A stretch of 14,059 nt of DNA from Pseudomonadota bacterium (GTDB taxonomy: Bacteria > UBA10199 > 2-02-FULL-44-16 > JAAZCA01): contig JBDRBN010000060.1 in assembly GCA_043822785.1 (NCBI GenBank), positions 1 to 14,059 of the forward strand, given 5' to 3'. Positions within the stretch are counted from its first letter, which is position 1; every line of letters begins with the position of its first letter. Positions 8,785 through 14,059 of the stretch are shown here, one piece after another. Below the pieces are notes generated by a model that worked only from the letters and a program-made list of their open reading frames with translations, did not search any database and had not been told where the DNA came from. Made by a program: the position numbers and the translations under genes.

Positions 8785-8919
8785 CACACATGAAAAACTT
8801 AGGCGGGTATAATCATTTCGATAACATAAAAAGCATCGACGATTTATTGACGTAAAAACTCCGCAACTATTGCATAAAAAACGCGATAAGAGGACGAATA
8901 ACGATAAAGGATTAGCATA

Positions 8920-11049
8920 ATGGTTACGACTTTAAATATAGCTATTCCATTTGAAGCTGCAAATCTTGCGCATATTGCCAGCTCTCAGGCAGGGCTTGCC
9001 TCGTTTGATCCATCTGCCCTTACATTTGCAAGCAACGATACATTTACTTTTGCTGACGACGAATTTAGCGTCATGACCGATAGATTTTATGCGCCGGTCG
9101 CACAGCCATTTTTAACCTATAGCTATACCAAAGAGCCTCCTAAATCTGCTGGAGATTTATCAGAACTCGCAGATTCGATATCACAAAACGCACAAGGAGC
9201 TGAAGAGGCTGTCACAGGCGCCATGCGTTTTGTGCATAGTGCTCTTAAGATGTTAGAGCCAGTTTTTGGCGATGACAATCAAGTAGCTATATCGATGAAA
9301 GAAGGACTAGCTCAGCTGCAGGGTGCAACAACGATCCTCGTAGGAATGGAAGGACAGTGCAATACTTTAGGTGAGCTGCTATCAAGGGCTCAAGCGAAAC
9401 CTGAAGAGCCCAGCACTTCTTCTGATAGGCCAAAACTAACTGGTAGTCTCACACGAAGCGGCACACAGCTTTTGTTTAGACTCTCGTCAGAAGCATCGCC
9501 CTTGCTTGGTGCCCAACACATATCTGGGATGTCCGATCTTGCCGGCATGTTAATGTCGCAGCTGTTATTAAGATTAAAATCTGCATTTCCCAATGACCAT
9601 ACAGAACAGGTCAGCAAAAAAATAGACGCATTCTTTAAATCCGCAACTACTTTTATGTCACACAGCAACATTCCAGGTGCACAAAAAATCTTCGATTTAG
9701 CTGTGGCCTCTCTTATTGATTCAACAATGAGAGACCATGAAATAAGAGGCGCATATTACGAGATCGTGCGACTTGCAGAGCTAATGTCATCGGGCAGACA
9801 TTTTGACGCCTTCTCAATAAATGAACAAAACCTGGAGTTTGAGGGATGGTATTATGACACAAACACAGGTCATTTCATAAGAAAACAACTTATCAGCGAT
9901 GCAGAAATCGATGCAAGGGATGGCGATACGTTTATCGAAGTAAAAGTTACGCGGCTTGACGAAAATACTGGAAAATACTTCAAAACTCTTCTTGAAAGAC
10001 ATGAAACGTTCGATTCAGCTGATATTGAGATAGACGCCAATAATAAAAATGGTGTTGATTCTGCATTTTACGGGAAGAATCTTGCAAATCAGCTCTTAAA
10101 ATATCGACAACTCATTGCCAATGGCAAAGCCAAAAAACTGGAATTTCATCTTACTTGCTGGGAACCCATTCCCGAAGATGTGTTGCAAGCGATGTACGGC
10201 TTGTTTGAAAAAGGGCAACTTGAAATTATTTGGTATAAACACATCTTAAGCACCGAGGGCATTTTGCTAGAACCTCCACCGCCCAGTTCTCAGGCCATAT
10301 CCCAAAGCGAGATTGAGCAGGCCGACACCCCCAAAGCAACCAGCATCGAAGAGCTCCATGCACCCGATGTCGTTGCCGCACCCCAGACGGTGCGCTCGCC
10401 TGGCGTGGTTTCGGCATCAGATGAGACCGAAAAAGATAGCGCTCCTTCGGTTTCTGATAGCGTTGATGTCAAAAGAGATGAGGAAGAAGAATTAAGAAGT
10501 AAAGTATCGACCGAAGTCTATCGAAGAAAGAGCTTTATAGAGAACGTTGACAATAATATATCCAAGCTTGAATCCTTTATAAGTTGGCTGCTTCATAAAC
10601 ACAAAACAGAACTTTTGACTCTAAACCAAAAGCAACTTTCAAGTCGATTGACCAAGTTATTTGAAGCTTGGTCAAAAGAAGTTGTTTCACAATCAGCTGC
10701 TACAAAGAAAACTGCCACAAGCCAAAATGAACCGTGGATGTCAGTTAACGCCGAGCCTGCCCAAAAGCATATCAGCGCTCTTCTCAAAACAACCAAAAAG
10801 CGTTTGGACTGGTCTGCCAGGACAACACAAGGAGTGCAAAACAAAGATATCATCAATATGCTTGCCAAGTTAAAATACAATAAACGTGCGAATACAGCGC
10901 TCAGCCAAAAAATTGGAGAATTCATTAAATATCTCAAGGACACATACACCCTTGGAGCTTACTTCAAGATAGAGAACGATGGAGATCGCCTAGTTGACAT
11001 CGTAAGACATTATTTATGGTTACTGAAGGCGCAGGCAGCAAAGGCATAA
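8920..11049 (+). CDS. Large hypothetical protein with a central PD-(D/E)XK (REase-fold) nuclease-like domain
   Basis: 709-aa ORF with ordered motifs RGAYYE, EIDARDGDTFIEVK and NQLLKY, then a P/S/E-rich linker and a basic helical C-terminus. There is no signal peptide. The CDS is confident; the function is inferred. Confidence 0.7.
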   Translation: MVTTLNIAIPFEAANLAHIASSQAGLASFDPSALTFASNDTFTFADDEFSVMTDRFYAPVAQPFLTYSYTKEPPKSAGDLSELADSISQNAQGAEEAVTGAMRFVHSALKMLEPVFGDDNQVAISMKEGLAQLQGATTILVGMEGQCNTLGELLSRAQAKPEEPSTSSDRPKLTGSLTRSGTQLLFRLSSEASPLLGAQHISGMSDLAGMLMSQLLLRLKSAFPNDHTEQVSKKIDAFFKSATTFMSHSNIPGAQKIFDLAVASLIDSTMRDHEIRGAYYEIVRLAELMSSGRHFDAFSINEQNLEFEGWYYDTNTGHFIRKQLISDAEIDARDGDTFIEVKVTRLDENTGKYFKTLLERHETFDSADIEIDANNKNGVDSAFYGKNLANQLLKYRQLIANGKAKKLEFHLTCWEPIPEDVLQAMYGLFEKGQLEIIWYKHILSTEGILLEPPPPSSQAISQSEIEQADTPKATSIEELHAPDVVAAPQTVRSPGVVSASDETEKDSAPSVSDSVDVKRDEEEELRSKVSTEVYRRKSFIENVDNNISKLESFISWLLHKHKTELLTLNQKQLSSRLTKLFEAWSKEVVSQSAATKKTATSQNEPWMSVNAEPAQKHISALLKTTKKRLDWSARTTQGVQNKDIINMLAKLKYNKRANTALSQKIGEFIKYLKDTYTLGAYFKIENDGDRLVDIVRHYLWLLKAQAAKA

Positions 11050-11059
11050 AGCACACGTC

Positions 11060-11087
11060 AACGGCCGCCTTTTGGCGGTCGTTTTTT
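11060..11087 (+). terminator. Rho-independent terminator of the 709-aa gene
   Basis: AACGGCCGCC-TTTT-GGCGGTCGTT hairpin running into a T6 tract (11082-11087), 10 nt after the stop codon. Confidence 0.85.
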
Positions 11088-11106
11088 GGTGGAGTTGAAG
11101 AGAATC
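11087..11106 (-). repeat. Diverged duplicate of the tRNA-Ala 3' end including CCA (att-like)
   Basis: Minus strand GATTCTCTTCAACTCCACCA versus tRNA GATTCCCCTCAGCTCCAC(TG): 15/18 identical, same orientation, beginning 2 nt after the nuclease stop codon. Confidence 0.8.
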
Positions 11107-11108
11107 TT

Positions 11109-11522
11109 TTATAGAAGTAGATCCCATTTATTTTCGTATTTTATTGCAGGTATAATACCAGCTTGTTGATTGTTGCCGGCCTTTTTTAGTCTCAGGTTTA
11201 TTGCTGTTTTCCCTTCTACATCCTTCCAAGGAATAACATAAAAAGATTGTTTTGGTTCATAATAAGCTATTATGAAATCTAATTCTCCTGGCGCGTACTG
11301 TACTCGACCCTTGCGCGTTATTGAATGTAAGACGATCGGAATAGTTGAATATTTCGTCGCGTTTCCAACATACTTTATTTGAACACGCCTAAACTCCCCA
11401 TTCTTCTCGATGATCAAATCATAGCGATAATCGCCAAAGGGAATTGAGACCTTAAATCCTCGTTTCACGAGTTCTGACAATACAAGGGATTCAGCGATCT
11501 TTCCTTTATCACCAGTTTGCAT
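11109..11522 (-). CDS. PD-(D/E)XK endonuclease of the group I intron-associated I-Ssp6803I-like type (PDDEXK_5)
   Basis: 137 aa: KGKIAE..V...L..RGF.VSIPFGD.RYDLIIE..G...RVQIK, later Y....LDFIIAY and FYVIP. GGAG lies 8 nt before ATG 11522. The longer ORF-track start at 11624 lies inside the tRNA and is rejected. Confidence 0.88.
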   Translation of the reverse strand: MQTGDKGKIAESLVLSELVKRGFKVSIPFGDYRYDLIIEKNGEFRRVQIKYVGNATKYSTIPIVLHSITRKGRVQYAPGELDFIIAYYEPKQSFYVIPWKDVEGKTAINLRLKKAGNNQQAGIIPAIKYENKWDLLL

Positions 11523-11566
11523 CACGGTTTCTCCAAGGGAAAGAATAGAAAAGATGAATTGTGATG

Positions 11567-11672
11567 AAATCTGTTGGGCCAGTGGAGCTGAGGGGAATCG
11601 AACCCCTGACCCCCACAATGCCATTGTGGTGCTCTCCCAGCTGAGCTACAACCCCACTGGCCCAACAGATTT
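11567..11672. repeat. Perfect 17-bp inverted repeat directly flanking the tRNA
   Basis: AAATCTGTTGGGCCAGT (11567-11583) is the exact reverse complement of ACTGGCCCAACAGATTT (11656-11672). The pairing is contiguous with the acceptor stem and includes the discriminator base. Confidence 0.95.
11583..11655 (-). tRNA. tRNA-Ala (GGC), CCA not encoded
   Basis: GGGGTTG/CAGCTCC acceptor stem with G3.U70, D arm GCTC-AGCTGGGA-GAGC, anticodon arm CCACA-ATGGCAT-TGTGG, T arm AGGGG-TTCGATT-CCCCT and discriminator A73 followed by CTG. Confidence 0.97.
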
Positions 11673-11692
11673 TAAAGAATATCGAGCTACGC

Positions 11693-11721
11693 AATATGTT
11701 TCATTCCCCTTATCGTGTCAA
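11693..11721 (-). promoter_or_regulatory. sigma70 promoter of tRNA-Ala and probably the nuclease
   Basis: Minus strand TTGACA (11721-11716), 17-nt spacer, CATATT (11698-11693). Confidence 0.65.
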
Positions 11722-11744
11722 CAATATTCAAGAAAATCCATAAC

Positions 11745-12551
11745 TTACCACTGAAAGAAGATGCCTGCCTTGGGACCGTGTAGGGTTTGGCCGCCAGTAT
11801 AAACTACGCGGTAGCCTAGCCTGGCACCGATATATTTATATTTATAAGAAAGCCCCGAATCTATGTCATAGACGTTATTGCCCCTGATGATGGCTATGTA
11901 TGGCAACACATCAAAGATGAAGTGATTATTGAAATAGATATGAAACGGCATGCCCATATCAAACCCTGTGTGGCGCCGTTGGCCCCAAAGCGATTTCACG
12001 CCAAGCGCGATGTTCACTCCGATAATTCTGGCAAGCATGGTTCTCAAAAGAAAATGCCCTGAGATGATTGAAAGATCAGATGCGTTCTTTTCAAAATAGC
12101 GCAGATACTCGCCTTGCGCTCCAAACATAAGATACCCTGCCTCAGCCTTTCCTGATACTCCATGAATATTGCCGATGAGATACTGATATGAAGGTTCTAT
12201 CCTAATAGTTGGCAGCGCAGGGCTTTCGCTTAGCTTTAGGTCGGTGTACAATTCTTTAGAGCTTTGAGCGCCGGTATTCATGAGACCCATTAGAAAAAAT
12301 TGATAAAGTATTTGCATGAGCCCGCCGGCAGCGATTTCTCCTGCGCTGGCTGAAGTGGTTGTATAGTCGGTTTGAGCCGGCTCTTCGTAATGCATCCTAT
12401 CTCGATGCCTGTGCTCCTTTTTCTTCGGCGGCGGCTCCAAAGCATCTTCAAAGCTCTCGAGCTTGCCTTTTTTTTCTTCGGCAAGCGCCGGAGGAGCCAG
12501 CAAGGAGAAGACAAAAGATATTGCAATAATTGCGCTAAGAATTCTTCTCAT
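11745..12551 (-). CDS. Hypothetical exported protein, probable outer-membrane beta-barrel
   Basis: Signal peptide ending ALA-EE, amphipathic beta-strand pattern (GARLGYRVV) and terminal aromatic strand GPKAGIFFQW. Its start overlaps the hutI stop (ATGA). Confidence 0.7.
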   Translation of the reverse strand: MRRILSAIIAISFVFSLLAPPALAEEKKGKLESFEDALEPPPKKKEHRHRDRMHYEEPAQTDYTTTSASAGEIAAGGLMQILYQFFLMGLMNTGAQSSKELYTDLKLSESPALPTIRIEPSYQYLIGNIHGVSGKAEAGYLMFGAQGEYLRYFEKNASDLSIISGHFLLRTMLARIIGVNIALGVKSLWGQRRHTGFDMGMPFHIYFNNHFIFDVLPYIAIIRGNNVYDIDSGLSYKYKYIGARLGYRVVYTGGQTLHGPKAGIFFQW

Positions 12552-13777
12552 AACTCACCTGAGACGAGCTTACTGTCAATGATCACAGCTTTCACAAAAT
12601 TCACTCCGTAACGATATAGAGGAAAGTATTCATCTAGCGCATCTAGCAGCAGGAGATCTGCGCGCACGCCTTTGGCAACTTTGCCTGCATCTTTTATACC
12701 CAACGCTTGGGCTGCGTGTTTTGTAATTCCTAAAAGCGCATCATCGCAACTCATTCCCATCTGCGTAATCGCAATAGTTGCGGCAAGCCAAAGGTTGAGC
12801 GAAGGGTTGGTTCCTGGATTGTAATCAGTTGCGATCGCAAGCTTTACGCCATTTTTCTTAAGCATTTTTGCATTTGGATAAGCACCATGACCTGTAAAAA
12901 AACTTGCACCAGGAAGGAGTACGCCTACTACGCCGGCTTTTGCCATAGCGCTGGCACCCTTTTCTGTTGTATAATCAAGATGGTCTGCAGAAAGTGCTCC
13001 AAGCTCTGCTGCAAGCACCCCGCCGCTGCTATCTGTAAACTGATCAACATGCACGTGCAAATTAAGCCCAAGCTCCTTTGCTCTTTTAGCAATCGCCCTG
13101 GCTTCATCTGAAGTAAAAGCACCCTCTTCCACAAACACGTCGCACGCGCTTATGGCATTTGAGGATGCTGCTTGCGAAAGCATGTTATCGATTACGAGTT
13201 TTACATATTCATCGCGCTTGTCTTTGTATTCCGCTGGCACCACATGCGCGCCAAGAAATGTGCCCTTTATAGAGAGCGCTGAATCCTCATTAAGCTTCTC
13301 AATGACACGCACCATTTTCATCTCTGTATCAAGATCTAAGCCATAGCCAGTCTTTATCTCTAAAGTCGTTGTGCCAAAAGAAAGTGCTTCATCAAGACGG
13401 GCCTTGGCATTGTGCACAAGATCTTTCTCAGAGGATTCGCGTGTGGATTTTACAGACGACATTATGCCACCGCCCTGTTTTGCTATTTCCTGATAGGTCT
13501 TACCCTGCGAGCGCAGGTTAAACTCTTGCTGCCTAAATCCCCCGTGCACTATGTGCGTGTGGCAATCTACAAGGCCTGGTAGGACAACGGCGCGCTTTGC
13601 ATCGACGATGTCACCTGAAGAGGCAGGAAGGTCTGCCTGTTTTCCGACCCACTGTACACGACCGTCCTCAATGCGAACCGCAGCATCAATAATAACGCCC
13701 AACTCCCCTTCGCGATTAGGGCCAGGCTCCATAGTCACGAGGCGGGAGATGTTATTGATAACTAAAGATTTATTCAT
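12548..13777 (-). CDS. hutI: Imidazolonepropionase
   Basis: PGLVDCHTH, GGGIMSSV, GTTTLEIKTGYGL, TFLGAH, CDVFVE, HVDQF, SADHL and ATDYNPGT. Confidence 0.97.
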   Translation of the reverse strand: MNKSLVINNISRLVTMEPGPNREGELGVIIDAAVRIEDGRVQWVGKQADLPASSGDIVDAKRAVVLPGLVDCHTHIVHGGFRQQEFNLRSQGKTYQEIAKQGGGIMSSVKSTRESSEKDLVHNAKARLDEALSFGTTTLEIKTGYGLDLDTEMKMVRVIEKLNEDSALSIKGTFLGAHVVPAEYKDKRDEYVKLVIDNMLSQAASSNAISACDVFVEEGAFTSDEARAIAKRAKELGLNLHVHVDQFTDSSGGVLAAELGALSADHLDYTTEKGASAMAKAGVVGVLLPGASFFTGHGAYPNAKMLKKNGVKLAIATDYNPGTNPSLNLWLAATIAITQMGMSCDDALLGITKHAAQALGIKDAGKVAKGVRADLLLLDALDEYFPLYRYGVNFVKAVIIDSKLVSGEL

Positions 13778-13963
13778 AGTGAGGGAAAATTACATGTATT
13801 CCCCTGCATGTCACCTATTTTTATTTAGATAACGGGATATTAGAGGGTTAGAGGGCCAACCTTACTCTGTCTTGCTTTGGGTCGTGTTCTATTGCCCCGT
13901 TACCGGTGGTTGTAATCTCTAATTTCCACTGCTGTCGCGTTAGAACTGCTTGTTTTTCATGGA

Positions 13964-14049
13964 TGTCATTGCGAGCAAAGCGAAGCAATCCCCTTATAAC
14001 CTGTGTTTGCGGGAGATTGCTTCGTCGCTAAACGCTCCTCGCAATGACA
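13964..14049. repeat. REP/REPIN-like palindromic element
   Basis: TGTCATTGCGAG..CGAAGCAATC (left arm) pairs with GATTGCTTCG..CTCGCAATGACA (right arm) around a spacer of about 20 nt. A partial second copy is at 748-777. Confidence 0.85.
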
Positions 14050-14059
14050 CCTAGACATG

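Noticed and set aside
11523..11655. Group I intron in the tRNA, as expected for this nuclease family
   Set aside because: The cloverleaf is contiguous at 73 nt, only about 60 nt separate the tRNA from the ORF, and no ribozyme core is evident.
11523..11754. ORF-track extension of the nuclease to 11624 and ORFs 11509-11694 and 11554-11754
   Set aside because: They overlap the tRNA and are shadow translations of it; an RBS supports the start at 11522 (or GTG 11525).
772..13832. Numerous short antisense or alternate-frame ORFs inside the assigned genes (e.g. 6808-7425, 3363-3794, 5006-5419)
   Set aside because: They overlap well-supported genes almost entirely and lack recognisable motifs.
13778..13860. 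TACATGTA palindrome and TTAGAGGG x2 upstream of hutI as a HutC site or repeat array
   Set aside because: It does not match the TGTA-N2-TACA-type HutC core, and two 8-mers are too few to be meaningful.

Overview
Bacterial chromosomal window; a Deltaproteobacteria/Bdellovibrionota-like lineage is only a guess from gene style. Housekeeping genes are mtgA, dcd, a DUF2203 protein, a stand-alone nuoI, a CbpA/DnaJ-type chaperone, a Na/Pi cotransporter, a bifunctional FTCD and hutI. Four accessory features stand out. (1) The left edge carries the end of an IS481/IS1202 (ISNCY)-like element that appears to interrupt a small membrane-protein gene. (2) An intergenic imperfect rod-like hairpin of about 294 nt (451-744) has a + strand G.U bias and abuts half of a REP-like element. 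(3) A 709-aa orphan has an internal PD-(D/E)XK nuclease-like motif and is divergent from an exported protein with a sigma54 promoter. (4) The best candidate for a new system is a CCA-less tRNA-Ala(GGC). Its acceptor stem is extended by a perfect 17-bp inverted repeat, it is followed directly by a free-standing I-Ssp6803I-like PD-(D/E)XK endonuclease gene, and then by a diverged, CCA-bearing second copy of the tRNA 3' end. No intron or integrase is visible. All calls come from reading the sequence by eye; no searches were run.
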